NCBI GenBank assembly: GCA_024278985.1
Contig: JAJRSC010000005.1
Coordinates: 11,428-75,427 of the forward strand
Source of the DNA: an archaeon
GTDB lineage: Archaea; AGJL01; Methanococci; Methanococcales; Methanocaldococcaceae
Direction of reading: 5' to 3'
Length of the DNA: 64,000 bases
Shown here: piece after piece, positions 53,881 through 64,000 of the stretch
How positions within the stretch are numbered: position 1 is the stretch's first letter
Layout: the number at the start of each line of letters is the position of its first letter
Notes under the pieces: model-generated
What the model saw: only the letters and a program-made list of their open reading frames with translations
What the model was told of the DNA's origin: nothing
Databases searched by the model: none
Made by a program: the position numbers and the translations under genes

Positions 53881-55122
53881 ATGGCTACAGCGGAGTTATT
53901 TAAAAATGTAACTGATATACATTCAATAGTTCAGGCATTAACAACATTAGCTAATGCTTCTGATGTTTTTTTCCTTGTAGTCATGGGAGTTCTTGTTTTT
54001 ATGATGCAGTGGGGCTTTGCAATGCTTGAAGGAGGTCAGGTTAGAAAGAAGAATGTTAATAATGTTATGATGAAAAACATGGTTGATTGGTTAATAGCTT
54101 GTGTTTCTTGGTTGTTTATTGGTGGTGTTTTATGTTCTTCAATAAATCCTAGTGATTTTATTAATTGGTGGCAACAAATATTTGGAACAAACTGGCCAAA
54201 TAATGGATTGGACTTAGCAAGTTGGTTCTTTGGTTTAGTCTTTGCTGGAACAGCTGCAACTATTGTCTCTGGAGGGGTTGCAGAGAGAATTAAATTTAGT
54301 GCATATGTAATTCTTTCATTTTTAATTACAGCATTTATTTATCCGTTCTTTGTTTATCTTGGTCCTTGGGGTGCTTCAATAGTTCCATGGCATGATTATG
54401 CTGGAAGTTTAGTAGTTCATGGTTTAGGAGGATTCTTAGCTTTAGGGGCCATAATGGCATTAGGTCCAAGAATTGGAAGATTTATTAATGGAAAACCAGT
54501 TCCGATATTAGGGCATAACATTCCTATGGCAGTATTTGGGGCTTTCGCCCTTGCTATAGGATGGTATGGATTTAACGTAGGTAGTTCTTTATCCTTAAAA
54601 GATATTTCAGGATTAGTTTGTGCAACAACAACATTAGCAATGGCTGGAGGGGGAATAGGAGCTTTAATAGCATCTAAAAAAGATGTTCTCTTCACGGCCA
54701 ACGGAATTGTTGCTGGATTGGTAGCAATTTGTTCAGGAACAGATATTGTAAGTCCAATTGGAGGGTTAATAATTGGATTACTTGCAGGACTTCAAGTTCC
54801 AATTGTTTATAAACTAATAGAAAAAGCTGGCTTAGACGATGTTTGTGGAGTTGTGCCAGTTCATGGAACTGCAGGAGTTGTTGGAGCAATAATGGCAGGA
54901 ATATTTGGAATGCCTGCATTAGGAGGGGCAGGAGATGTTAATTTAATAAACCAAATTATTGCATCAATATTCTGTATTATTTATGGTACTGGTTTAGGTT
55001 ATATATTAGCTAAGATAGTTGATTTAACAGTAGGATTAAGAGTTAGTGAAGAAGAAGAATTAAAAGGATTAGATTTAGCGGAACACAAACTTCCAGCTTA
55101 TCCAGAGGAGGAAGTTATGTAA
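53881..55122 (+). CDS. amt: Ammonium transporter
   Basis: FMMQWGFAMLE, IVSGGVAER, DYAGSLVVH, GWYGFN, DDVCGVVPVHG. Confidence 0.95.
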   Translation: MATAELFKNVTDIHSIVQALTTLANASDVFFLVVMGVLVFMMQWGFAMLEGGQVRKKNVNNVMMKNMVDWLIACVSWLFIGGVLCSSINPSDFINWWQQIFGTNWPNNGLDLASWFFGLVFAGTAATIVSGGVAERIKFSAYVILSFLITAFIYPFFVYLGPWGASIVPWHDYAGSLVVHGLGGFLALGAIMALGPRIGRFINGKPVPILGHNIPMAVFGAFALAIGWYGFNVGSSLSLKDISGLVCATTTLAMAGGGIGALIASKKDVLFTANGIVAGLVAICSGTDIVSPIGGLIIGLLAGLQVPIVYKLIEKAGLDDVCGVVPVHGTAGVVGAIMAGIFGMPALGGAGDVNLINQIIASIFCIIYGTGLGYILAKIVDLTVGLRVSEEEELKGLDLAEHKLPAYPEEEVM

Positions 55123-55234
55123 TTAAATATATTAACTAAATAATAGAAATGTATATAAACCACATTACTATTATTATTTTTATACCGAAAAGGTTATATA
55201 ATGGGTTTGTGGCTATTTTTAATATGTTTATTGT

Positions 55235-55323
55235 GCGGAGGTAGCCAAGCCCGGCTACGGCGTGGGACTGGAGATCCCATGGGGCTTTGCCCCGCGGGGG
55301 TTCAAATCCCCCCCTCCGCGCCA
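55235..55323 (+). tRNA. tRNA-Ser(GGA)
   Basis: GCGGAGG...TGGGACTGGAGATCCCA, long variable arm, GGTTCAAATCC, ends GCCA. Confidence 0.95.
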
Positions 55324-55361
55324 CTTATTTTTTTATATTTATAAATTGTGGAGGGATTGAC

Positions 55362-55826
55362 TTGGTTGAAGTCCAAAACAATGAAGAGTTTAAATATTTA
55401 CTTAGAATTTCAAGAACTGATATAGAGGGTAATAAAAAAATAATCATGGCTCTCCAAGATATTTATGGTGTTGGAGAGGCAATGGCAAGAGCAATAGTTA
55501 GAGTTACAAATATAGATCCAAACAAATTAGCAGGATACTTAACTGATGAAGAAGTTAAAAAAATTGAAGAAGTTTTATCTGACCCTGCTAAATTTGGAAT
55601 TCCCTCATGGATGTTTAACAGAAGAAAAGATTATGTAACAGGAGAAGATAAACACGTTATAGAATCTGATTTAATGATTGTAAAACAAGAGGATATAAAC
55701 AGATTGAAGAGAATAAAATGTTATAGAGGAGTAAGACACGAACTTGGATTACCATGTAGAGGACAGAGAACTAAGAGTACATTTAGAAGAGGTCCAACTG
55801 TTGGAGTTTCAAGAAGAAAAAAATAA
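55362..55826 (+). CDS. rps13: 30S ribosomal protein S13
   Basis: IYGVG, WMFNRRKD, YRGVRH..GLPCRGQRT; TTG start downstream of the tRNA. Confidence 0.96.
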   Translation: MVEVQNNEEFKYLLRISRTDIEGNKKIIMALQDIYGVGEAMARAIVRVTNIDPNKLAGYLTDEEVKKIEEVLSDPAKFGIPSWMFNRRKDYVTGEDKHVIESDLMIVKQEDINRLKRIKCYRGVRHELGLPCRGQRTKSTFRRGPTVGVSRRKK

Positions 55827-55836
55827 GGTGATTTAA

Positions 55837-56391
55837 TTGGGAGATCCAAGAAGAAGATTTAAGAAAAAATATGAAACACCTAATCATCCATGGATTAAAG
55901 AAAGAATTGAAAGAGAAAAAGAACTTTGTAGAAAATATGGATTAAGAAGAAAGAGAGAAGTTTGGAAGGCAGAAACTATATTAAGAAAATACAGAAGACA
56001 GGCAAGAAGATTAATAGGGGATAGATCAGAGCAGGCATTAATAGAAGAAAAACAATTATTTAGTGTTTTAAGAAAATATGGAATTTTAGTAAAAGATAAT
56101 CCTACTCTTGATGATGTTTTATCCTTAACTGTAGAAAATATATTAGATAGAAGATTACAGACACTTGTATTTAGAAAAGGATTAGCAAGAACTCCAAGAC
56201 AAGCAAGACAGTTAATAGTTCATGGACACATAGCAGTAAATGGTAGAGTTGTAACTGCTCCAAGTTATTTGGTTAAAGTTGATGAAGAGGATAGTATAGA
56301 CTATGCTAAAAACTCACCATTTAATGATAAAAATCATCCAGAAAGAGCTAAAATTATTGGAATAATTGATGAATCAGTATTTAATGAATAA
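55837..56391 (+). CDS. rps4: 30S ribosomal protein S4
   Basis: [30 protein letters not shown]. Confidence 0.97.
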   Translation: MGDPRRRFKKKYETPNHPWIKERIEREKELCRKYGLRRKREVWKAETILRKYRRQARRLIGDRSEQALIEEKQLFSVLRKYGILVKDNPTLDDVLSLTVENILDRRLQTLVFRKGLARTPRQARQLIVHGHIAVNGRVVTAPSYLVKVDEEDSIDYAKNSPFNDKNHPERAKIIGIIDESVFNE

Positions 56392-56403
56392 TGAGGAGAT
56401 ATC

Positions 56404-56790
56404 ATGGCTGAAAAAAAAGAAAAATGGGGAATAGTTCATATATATTCATCTTATAATAATACAATTATTCATGCAACAGATATAACAGGAGCTGAAACAA
56501 TTGCAAGAATCTCTGGGGGTATGGTTACAAGAAACCAGAGAGATGAAGGTTCTCCTTATGCTGCTATGCAGGCAGCTTTTAAATTAGCAGAAGTATTAAA
56601 GGAGAGAGGTATAACAAATATACATATAAAAGTTAGGGCTCCTGGAGGTAGTGGGCAAAAAAACCCAGGTCCTGGAGCACAGGCAGCTATTAGAGCCTTG
56701 GCAAGAGCTGGGTTAAGAATTGGTAGAATTGAAGATGTTACACCAATTCCTCATGATGGAACCACACCAAAAAAGGCATACAAAAAATAA
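56404..56790 (+). CDS. rps11: 30S ribosomal protein S11
   Basis: [38 protein letters not shown]. Confidence 0.97.
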   Translation: MAEKKEKWGIVHIYSSYNNTIIHATDITGAETIARISGGMVTRNQRDEGSPYAAMQAAFKLAEVLKERGITNIHIKVRAPGGSGQKNPGPGAQAAIRALARAGLRIGRIEDVTPIPHDGTTPKKAYKK

Positions 56791-56805
56791 TTTAGGTGGG
56801 TTCTA

Positions 56806-57398
56806 TTGTTAATTCTTAAAGAAAAAAAACAAACAAGAATAGGGGAGCAATTTAGATTTATTATGAAAGCTCCCCTTTCTTTTTCTAATGCTATTAGAAG
56901 GATAATGATATCAGAAGTTCCTACTTATGCAATAGAAAATGTTTATATTTATGAAAACACTTCTTCTATGGATGATGAAATTTTAGCTCATAGATTAGGA
57001 CTTATTCCAATAAAAGGAAAACCAGTATCTCCAAATGAAACAATTACTTTTAGATTAAGTGGTGTTGGACCTAAAACACTTTATTCATCTGATTTAGTAT
57101 CAGATAATGGGGAAGTTGCATTTAAAAATATTCCAATTATAAAATTAGGAAAAGAGCAAAAAGTAGATATTGAATGTGAAGCAATTCCAGGAATTGGAAA
57201 AGTCCATGCTAAATGGCAACCTTGTAATGCCGTTTATAAACAGTTAGATGTTGATGAAGTTGAATTTTTTGTTGAAACATTTGGACAATGCCTGCAGAGG
57301 AGATTTTAGAAGAAGCTCTTAAAATATTAAAAAATAAAGCTCAGGATGTTTTAGAGCAAATTTATCAAATTGGTGAGGAAGATGAGAATAAGAACTAA
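56806..57398 (+). CDS. rpoD: RNA polymerase subunit D (Rpo3); apparent 1-bp deletion near 57287
   Basis: [27 protein letters not shown]; inserting one A (CAA ATG) restores [17 protein letters not shown]... to TAA at 57398. Confidence 0.92.
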
Positions 57399-57747
57399 GG
57401 CAACAAATCCAAAAATTTATAGATTAATAAAACACCTTTTAGAAGAAAGTCACAAAAATAAAGCTAAAATTTGGAGAGCAGTGGCTAAAAAATTAGATAA
57501 ACCAAGAAGAAGGAGAATAGAGGTTAATATTAGTAAAATAAACAGATATACAAAAGATGGAGATGTTGTTGTAGTTCCTGGGAAAGTTTTAGGTGCTGGA
57601 AAATTAGAAAAAAAGGTTATTGTTGCAGCATATGGATTTACTGAGACTGCTAAAAAATTAATTCATGAAGCTGGAGGAGAGGCAATAACTATTGAAGAAC
57701 TAATAAAAAGAAATCCTAAAGGGTCAAATGTTAAGATAATGGGGTAG
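57382..57747 (+). CDS. rpl18e: 50S ribosomal protein L18e
   Basis: [24 protein letters not shown]. Confidence 0.95.
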   Translation: MRIRTKATNPKIYRLIKHLLEESHKNKAKIWRAVAKKLDKPRRRRIEVNISKINRYTKDGDVVVVPGKVLGAGKLEKKVIVAAYGFTETAKKLIHEAGGEAITIEELIKRNPKGSNVKIMG

Positions 57748-57753
57748 ATAAAC

Positions 57754-58173
57754 ATGACAGTTATTGATGCAGATGGTGCAATATTAGTAAGGTTGGCAAG
57801 TATTGTTGCTAAAAGGGCATTAAGAGGAGAGGAAATAACAATAATTAATGCTGAAAAAGTAATAATAACTGGAAACAGAGATTGGATATTAGAAAAATAT
57901 AGAGAAGAAAGAGAAAAGAAAAACGTAGCAAATCCCAGAAGATTTGGACCTAAATTTCCAAGAAGACCTGATGATATTTTAAAAAGAACAATAAGAAAAA
58001 TGTTACCATATAAAAAAGAAAAAGGAAGAACAGCATTAAAAAGAGTAAAGGTATATGTTGGGAATCCTTTAAATCTTGCTGCTGATGAGAAAATAAGCCA
58101 TATTGAAAAGCTAACTACAAATAAATATATTACATTAGGAGAAGTTAGCAAGCACCTCGGAGCAAAATTTTAG
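57754..58173 (+). CDS. rpl13: 50S ribosomal protein L13
   Basis: VIDA...RLAS, NAEK, GPKFPRRPD, MLPYK. Confidence 0.95.
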   Translation: MTVIDADGAILVRLASIVAKRALRGEEITIINAEKVIITGNRDWILEKYREEREKKNVANPRRFGPKFPRRPDDILKRTIRKMLPYKKEKGRTALKRVKVYVGNPLNLAADEKISHIEKLTTNKYITLGEVSKHLGAKF

Positions 58174-58182
58174 GGTGATTAA

Positions 58183-58596
58183 ATGGAAAATAAAGTTATT
58201 TTAACAGTTGGAAAAAGGAAGAGGGCAATTGCAAGAGCAGTTGCAAGACCTGGAAAGGGAAGAATAAGAATAAATAAAATACCTATAGAATTGATAGAAC
58301 CTAAGTATAAGAGAATGAAATTAATGGAACCAATTATATTAGCAGGAGAAGAAATAATTTCTCAGATTGATATAGATGTTACTGTTAAGGGAGGAGGAGT
58401 AATGGGACAAATGGATGCTGCAAGAACAGCAATTGGTAAGGCAATAGTTGAATTTACAGGTAGTAAGGAGTTAAGAGATAAATTTTTAGCATATGATAGA
58501 ACATTATTAGTAAGTGATGCAAGAAGAACAGAACCTCACAAACCAAGTAGGTCCACCAAAGGACCAAGAGCAAAAAGACAAAAATCATACAGATAA
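58183..58596 (+). CDS. rps9: 30S ribosomal protein S9
   Basis: [19 protein letters not shown]-terminus. Confidence 0.97.
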   Translation: MENKVILTVGKRKRAIARAVARPGKGRIRINKIPIELIEPKYKRMKLMEPIILAGEEIISQIDIDVTVKGGGVMGQMDAARTAIGKAIVEFTGSKELRDKFLAYDRTLLVSDARRTEPHKPSRSTKGPRAKRQKSYR

Positions 58597-58646
58597 ATCT
58601 AATATCCTATTTTTTAATTATTTTAGAAAATTTTTAAGTGATAGCT

Positions 58647-58868
58647 ATGATGTTCCCAATAAGATGTTTTTCTTGTGGTAATGTCATTGGAGAAGTTTTT
58701 GAAGAATATAAAGAAAGGGTATTAAAAGGAGAAAATCCTAAAGATGTATTGGATGATTTAGGTATAAAAAAATATTGTTGTAGAAGAATGTTTATATCCT
58801 ATAAGATTAGTAAAGATGGTAAGGAAATTATTGATGAAATTATAGCCCATGATGAAGTATTTTTATAA
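58647..58868 (+). CDS. rpoN: RNA polymerase subunit N (Rpo10)
   Basis: PIRCFSCG...YCCRRM. Confidence 0.96.
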   Translation: MMFPIRCFSCGNVIGEVFEEYKERVLKGENPKDVLDDLGIKKYCCRRMFISYKISKDGKEIIDEIIAHDEVFL

Positions 58869-58878
58869 ATTTTGTTTT

Positions 58879-58952
58879 GGGGCCGTGGGGTAGCCTGGTT
58901 ATCCTGTGCGCTTGGGGGGCGTGCGACCCGGGTTCAAGTCCCGGCGGCCCCA
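58879..58952 (+). tRNA. tRNA-Pro(GGG), CCA not encoded
   Basis: GGGGCCG...TGCGCTTGGGGGGCGTG...GGTTCAAGTCC CGGCCCCA. Confidence 0.92.
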
Positions 58953-58975
58953 TTAATTATTTTTAGGGTGATACT

Positions 58976-59149
58976 TTGAAATTAAGAAAATATGAATTTG
59001 CAAGAGTCCTTGGAGCAAGAAGTTTGCAAATAGCATCTGGAGCTTATATTTTAGTAGAACCAGAAGAAGATACTGCTTTAAAGTTAGCATATAAGGAAAT
59101 TGTTGAGAATAAAGTTCCATTAAAGCCAGTTAGAAGAAGAGAGGGATAA
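58976..59149 (+). CDS. rpoK: RNA polymerase subunit K (Rpo6)
   Basis: GGTGA RBS, TTG start: MKLRKYEFARVLGARSLQIASGA...KLAYKEI..KVPL; missed by the ORF track. Confidence 0.92.
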   Translation: MKLRKYEFARVLGARSLQIASGAYILVEPEEDTALKLAYKEIVENKVPLKPVRRREG

Positions 59150-59151
59150 AT

Positions 59152-60084
59152 TTGACAATTGTTATAGAAAAAATAACAGCAAGAGAAATTTTTAAAAATG
59201 TTAATAAAAAAATAATGATAACAACAGTTACAAATGTTTCAATAGGTTATGATATAGTTTTTGGTAATTCTGAAGATATATCTGAAATAGAAAATGTTAT
59301 TTCTCCAGAGTTATCTGGTTATTCTCCATTAGATTTAGAATATTTAGATGGAATTTTATCAGAATTGAATGTCAAACCTTCAATATGTACAGGGGTTTCT
59401 ATTAGTATTGCAAGAGCAGCAGCAAATAGTTTAGATATTCCATTTTTCAAATTTTTAGGAGGAGCAATAACTATAGATTTACCAAGTGTTTCATCTGCGA
59501 TATTAAAAGATAATAAAGGAAATGAATTATTTCCAATAATAAATGTTGAAAGTGTTGAGGAAATTATTGACTTTTATTTAAGAGTTGTAGATGAGTTAAG
59601 TGTTTATTACAATACTTTAGCCTTAGATGGAGCATATAGATGTGGAGATATTTTTAAAGAAATTTCAAAGATTAGGGAAATTATAGATATTATTAAAGAA
59701 GATGAAGATATAGATGTTTTATTAGGATTATCTACTAAAAAGGAAAAAATTGATAGTATAGATTTATCAGAAATTGATTACTTAGAGGTAGAGGAACCAG
59801 TAGAATTTGATGGGTTACTATGTACCAATGAAGTTTATGATGTAAGTGATTTTGTTAAAATAAATCCCTATGAATTAAGAGGTTTGACTGAGTTATGTTA
59901 TTACATTGATTATATTTTAGATAAAGGACTTTCTCCTATTATTGTTGGTGATAGTTCATCAATAACACATTTGGGGGTAAGTTATAGAGTTCCATTTATT
60001 AGGGCATCTTTATCATCTAATGTATTAAATGAACTTTTAAACATTGAGAGAACACTAACAAATCCTATTTTGAGAAAGTTTTAG
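59152..60084 (+). CDS. Enolase-like protein (truncated, degenerate)
   Basis: [39 protein letters not shown]; only 310 aa, canonical catalytic motifs absent. Confidence 0.75.
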   Translation: MTIVIEKITAREIFKNVNKKIMITTVTNVSIGYDIVFGNSEDISEIENVISPELSGYSPLDLEYLDGILSELNVKPSICTGVSISIARAAANSLDIPFFKFLGGAITIDLPSVSSAILKDNKGNELFPIINVESVEEIIDFYLRVVDELSVYYNTLALDGAYRCGDIFKEISKIREIIDIIKEDEDIDVLLGLSTKKEKIDSIDLSEIDYLEVEEPVEFDGLLCTNEVYDVSDFVKINPYELRGLTELCYYIDYILDKGLSPIIVGDSSSITHLGVSYRVPFIRASLSSNVLNELLNIERTLTNPILRKF

Positions 60085-60091
60085 GGAAAAT

Positions 60092-60895
60092 ATGAAACTT
60101 GAAGAAAAAGTTAAAAAAAGTATTGAAAAGTATAAGATGTTAAACAAAGATGAAAAAATTTTAGTATCTGTTTCTGGTGGAAAAGATAGTCATACAGCAG
60201 CATGGATTTTAAAAAAACTTGATTATAACATAGAATTATTTCATATAAATTTAGGAATATCAAAATTTTCAGAAATTTCTCTTAAAAAAGTTAAAGAATT
60301 AGCAGAAATATTAAATGTCCCTTTAAATATAGTTAATCTAAAAGATATAACTGGAAAAACAATAGAAGATTTAAGAAAAAAACACTGTTCTATCTGTGGA
60401 ATTACAAAAAGATATTTAATGAATAGATTTGGTTATGAGAATGGTTTTGATGTTATTGTTACAGGACATAATTTAGATGATGAAGTATCCTTTTTATTGA
60501 ATAATTTATTAAATTGGAGTATTAGATATCTTCCCAAACACTTACCAGTCCTACCAAGTCATGATAAGTTTCTAAAAAAGGTTAAAATTTTTTATGAGAT
60601 AGAGGAAGAGGAAATATTAGAATATGCAGAAAAGGAAGGAATTCCTTTTACAACAGCAAAATGTAAGTTTCAGAAAGATGCTATAACTGTAGAGCATAGA
60701 AAATATTTAAATAAACTCAAAGAATACAACAAAAACATTAAAAAACAGTTTTTATATGGTTATTTAAAATATAGGCATATATTTGAGTTAGAGGAAGATT
60801 TTCAATTTAAAGAGTGTAAAATTTGTGGAATGACTTCAGCAGGAAATATTTGCTCTTTTTGTAGAGTTTGGAAAATAAAAGAGTTTAAATGGTAA
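60092..60895 (+). CDS. TtuA/Ncs6/TtcA-family PP-loop tRNA thiolation protein (TIGR00269-like)
   Basis: [21 protein letters not shown]-terminal CKICG...CSFC. Confidence 0.88.
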   Translation: MKLEEKVKKSIEKYKMLNKDEKILVSVSGGKDSHTAAWILKKLDYNIELFHINLGISKFSEISLKKVKELAEILNVPLNIVNLKDITGKTIEDLRKKHCSICGITKRYLMNRFGYENGFDVIVTGHNLDDEVSFLLNNLLNWSIRYLPKHLPVLPSHDKFLKKVKIFYEIEEEEILEYAEKEGIPFTTAKCKFQKDAITVEHRKYLNKLKEYNKNIKKQFLYGYLKYRHIFELEEDFQFKECKICGMTSAGNICSFCRVWKIKEFKW

Positions 60896-60896
60896 G

Positions 60897-62492
60897 TTAT
60901 TTATTGCCCAACATTTCCTCTTTTTCTTCTTCTGTTAATATTGAAACAATTTCTTCTGGTTTTCCTACTTTAACTAATTTACCATTTCTCATTAATCCAG
61001 CTCTATCACAAACATTTAGTACAAAGTCCATATCATGAGAAACTATAATATATGTTTGTTCTAATTCAATTCTTGATTTTAATATAGAATTTGCAACAAC
61101 TGTTCTTGTTATTGGGTCCATGGTTCCAGTAGGTTCATCTAATATAACCACTCTTGGCTCTTTAATTAAGATTTGTGCTAATGCAACTCTATGTCTTTCA
61201 CCAACACTTAACTCATTTGGATACTTATCTAATATTTTCTCTGCTTCCTCCTCACTAAATCCAACTGATGTTAATGTATATATAGCTTTCATTCTTGCAA
61301 ATTCTTCAGGAAGCTCTAAACCAATAGCAGCAGTTAAGTTTTCTAATACAGTTCTATAAGGATATAGAGCATATTCTTGGAATAAGATTCCAATATATCT
61401 TTTAGCTCTTCCTCTGTGTAATCCTGGTTTAGTCATATCTATCCATTCATCACCTAATCTAAATAAGTATCTTCCCTTAGATGGTTATAAAACTCCTGCT
61501 AAGATTTTTGCCAATGTAGTTTTACCTGCTCCACTTGGACCAACTAATCCAAAAATCTCCATTTCTCTAATATTAAGTGTAACATTATCAACTGCTTTAA
61601 TAACTCCTCTATCAATAGAACAGTAATGTTTAGAAATATTTTCTAACCTTATAATATCTTCTTTAATCTCAATCTCTTTTTTAACTTTTTCAATACCTTT
61701 TAATTGTTCTAAGAACTTTTCAACAATATCCTCAGATTTTCCAATTTCTTTTATTTCCCCTTTTTCTAACCATATTGCTTTTTGAGTTAATTCTGCAATA
61801 ACTTCAGGCCAGTGAGATGTTAAAATTAAAGAAATTCCTTTATTAATAACTAAATCTTTTAAAGCATTATGAACTAATTTAGCAGTTTTTGGGTCAAGAG
61901 TTCCAGTAGGTTCATCTGCTAAAAATATAAATGGTTCTTTGGCAACTTGTCTTGCTAAAACAACTCTCTGCTTTTCTCCTCCAGATAGGTCTCTTGCTAT
62001 GTGTGTTATTCTATGTTCTAATCTAACCAACTTTAGTAATTCTAAGGCTCTTTTATATGCTTCATTTCCTTCATAACCAGCCTGATATAAAGCATCTAAA
62101 ATATTTTCCAATACAGTTCTATCCCCATATAAAGCAAAAGTTCTTTGGAACATTATAGCAATTTTTTTCTTTAACTGGTAAGAATATTTTTTATCTTCAT
62201 AAAGATTAACATCTATATTAGTCATCTCACTATTACATTTTTTACATATTTTAATAGATGGTCTATCAATGTATCCACACTTTTCACAATATGAGACATG
62301 GTAGATTATTTCCCCTTCTGTTGGTTCATATCCTTCCATTCCTCTTAGCATATGTAATAAAACAGATTTTCCAGCTCCACTTTTCCCTAATATTCCTAAA
62401 CTTTCACCCTCTTCAAGTTCAAAGGATATATTTTTTAATACTAAATTATCTCCAAACTTTTTAGAGACATTTTTAACTTCTAATAAAATCAT
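60897..62492 (-). CDS. atwA: Methyl-coenzyme M reductase system component A2; in-frame TAA at 61485-61487
   Basis: Two ABC domains with a CEKCG..CKKC insert; [25 protein letters not shown] joins both track ORFs in frame. Confidence 0.92.
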
Positions 62493-62848
62493 TATATCCC
62501 TCTACAATGTTTTCCTTTTCCATGTCTATATCTAAAACAGTATTTACATTCCCTAATTTTATAATATCCACCATCAATAACAATTACTTTACCATTTATT
62601 AAAGCATCCACAACTTTTTTTCTTGCAGAAACTAATAAATTCCATAATGTTCTTCTTGATATACCCATTAATTTACTGGCTTCCTCTTGAGTTAGGTCTA
62701 AATAATCTACTAATCTTAAAGCTTCTAATTCATCAACAGTTAAATTTACCTTTTCTAAATTATTAAAATTTATACCTTTTGGCTTAAAAATTTTATATTT
62801 TGGTTCTTCACTTACCAACCTTAAAATTTTTGGTCTTCCTCTTCTCAT
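62492..62848 (-). CDS. DUF134 (UPF0251) DNA-binding protein
   Basis: [28 protein letters not shown]...ARKKV. Confidence 0.9.
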   Translation of the reverse strand: MRRGRPKILRLVSEEPKYKIFKPKGINFNNLEKVNLTVDELEALRLVDYLDLTQEEASKLMGISRRTLWNLLVSARKKVVDALINGKVIVIDGGYYKIRECKYCFRYRHGKGKHCRGI

Positions 62849-62849
62849 T

Positions 62850-63176
62850 TTAAACCCTATTCACAATTACATCAATTATTGGGATTGATATAATAGTGTA
62901 TCTTTCATTTTTTAGTTTTTCGTCAATATATTTTTTAATTTTTAAATATTTTTTATCATTGACAACCGTTCCAATAACTACTGCATTTTTAGCAAGTTTT
63001 TGAATAGCATTAATAGCATTCTCAGGAGCTTCATCTATTAAAAATCCTTCCCAATCTTGAGGTGATAACCCTTTATACTCATATAGGAAAAATCCAGAAA
63101 TCTCTGCTTCAGATAATGCATTTATTGCCTTTCCTATATTTTCAGATTCAACAAATACATAGACCAAAACTTTCAT
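62850..63176 (-). CDS. MJ1244-family P-II-like protein
   Basis: [28 protein letters not shown]; upstream of DUF134-atwA. Confidence 0.7.
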   Translation of the reverse strand: MKVLVYVFVESENIGKAINALSEAEISGFFLYEYKGLSPQDWEGFLIDEAPENAINAIQKLAKNAVVIGTVVNDKKYLKIKKYIDEKLKNERYTIISIPIIDVIVNRV

Positions 63177-63513
63177 AAGTATCCCAAAATATTTTTTTTC
63201 TATTATGAGAGATATTATAAGTCCTTAAAGTATAAATAATATATACATAATTAAAATAACATTTTTAATAATGTCTATTAGTAATATTAATTAATCTTTC
63301 TTGCTTTTATATACACCCTTTTAGATATTGGTACGAGAAATTAATAAAACTAATTTTTTATAAATACTAAACGAATGTTATTAATGGTATCAGATATTTA
63401 AGCTACAAAAATAGAAAATATTATTTTAGTAATAATAATCAATTAGTAATTAGTAATAATAATTAAAAATAGTAGTAAAATAAAATTTCAGTAAAAAAGG
63501 GATAAAGAATATT

Positions 63514-64000
63514 CTAAGGTTTTTCAATTTTTACAGCTTTTCCATCTTTCCATTCTACAAATATCGGTTCTTTTGGTAGATCATCTAATTGTTTAAAGTA
63601 TTCTACTGCTGCTTTTGTTCCCCATCTGTCTGAACCTGCTAATAAGATTAATGTTATATCTCTATATGTTCCATTAACCTTTATTTTAACTTTTGTTACT
63701 TCTATAACTCCTTTATTTTTACCTGGATAGTCATTTGTTACTTTAACTGGGAAATCGTTAATATATTCTTTGGTTATTGAGTTCGCTACTGGTCCTCCTA
63801 CTAAGATGACATAATCACTATTTATATCTTTTAAGTTAATTCCTTTTTCGACATTTTCCCTTAATTCTTTAGCAAATTTATCATCAATATCGCTACCAAC
63901 TATAACTTTTGAGAGGTAAACGATATATTTTATTTTAAATGATTTTATATCTTTAGCAACATCTGATTTTGATATTCTTAAAGCTAGTGGTGTTCCTGTA
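63514..64000 (-). CDS. C-terminal part of a surface protein with an S-layer C-terminal-like domain (partial)
   Basis: Manual translation ...VILVGGPVANSIT...NDYPGKNKGVIE...LLAGSDRWGTKAAVEYF...KAVKIEKP*. Confidence 0.8.
   Translation of the reverse strand, partial: TGTPLALRISKSDVAKDIKSFKIKYIVYLSKVIVGSDIDDKFAKELRENVEKGINLKDINSDYVILVGGPVANSITKEYINDFPVKVTNDYPGKNKGVIEVTKVKIKVNGTYRDITLILLAGSDRWGTKAAVEYFKQLDDLPKEPIFVEWKDGKAVKIEKP

Noticed and set aside
55136-55361. ORF 55136-55324 and the N-terminal extension of S13
   Set aside because: Both overlap tRNA-Ser; S13 more plausibly starts at TTG 55362
63420-63480. Short TAGTAAT/TAATAAT repeats in the intergenic region
   Set aside because: Low-complexity AT-rich sequence; no support for function

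Overview
AT-rich, strongly CpG-depleted chromosomal segment of a hyperthermophilic methanogen (Methanococcales, Methanocaldococcus-like). It is mostly housekeeping: amino-acid, cofactor and lipid biosynthesis, Fsr sulfite reductase, tfb/tfe/rpo genes, the S13-S4-S11-rpoD-L18e-L13-S9-rpoN-rpoK operon, a Ni/Co ECF transporter, glnK-amt and four tRNAs. It also has a 17-repeat CRISPR array with no adjacent cas genes and an Ala1 (KlbA-type) mini-intein. The most unusual region is 31.7-35.6 kb. There an intact AAA+ ATPase-wHTH gene, a divergent wHTH/SWIM-like gene and a degenerate ATPase-wHTH gene surround two long non-coding AT-rich tracts. One tract is a 377-bp element with in-register nested inverted repeats built on a TTTTCGAG motif that recurs across the locus. 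This is a candidate non-canonical replication-origin or chromosome-maintenance module (inference). Five genes carry single in-frame stops and rpoD has a 1-bp frameshift, most likely sequence-quality errors. M. jannaschii (MJ) locus equivalences are from recall, not from a database search.
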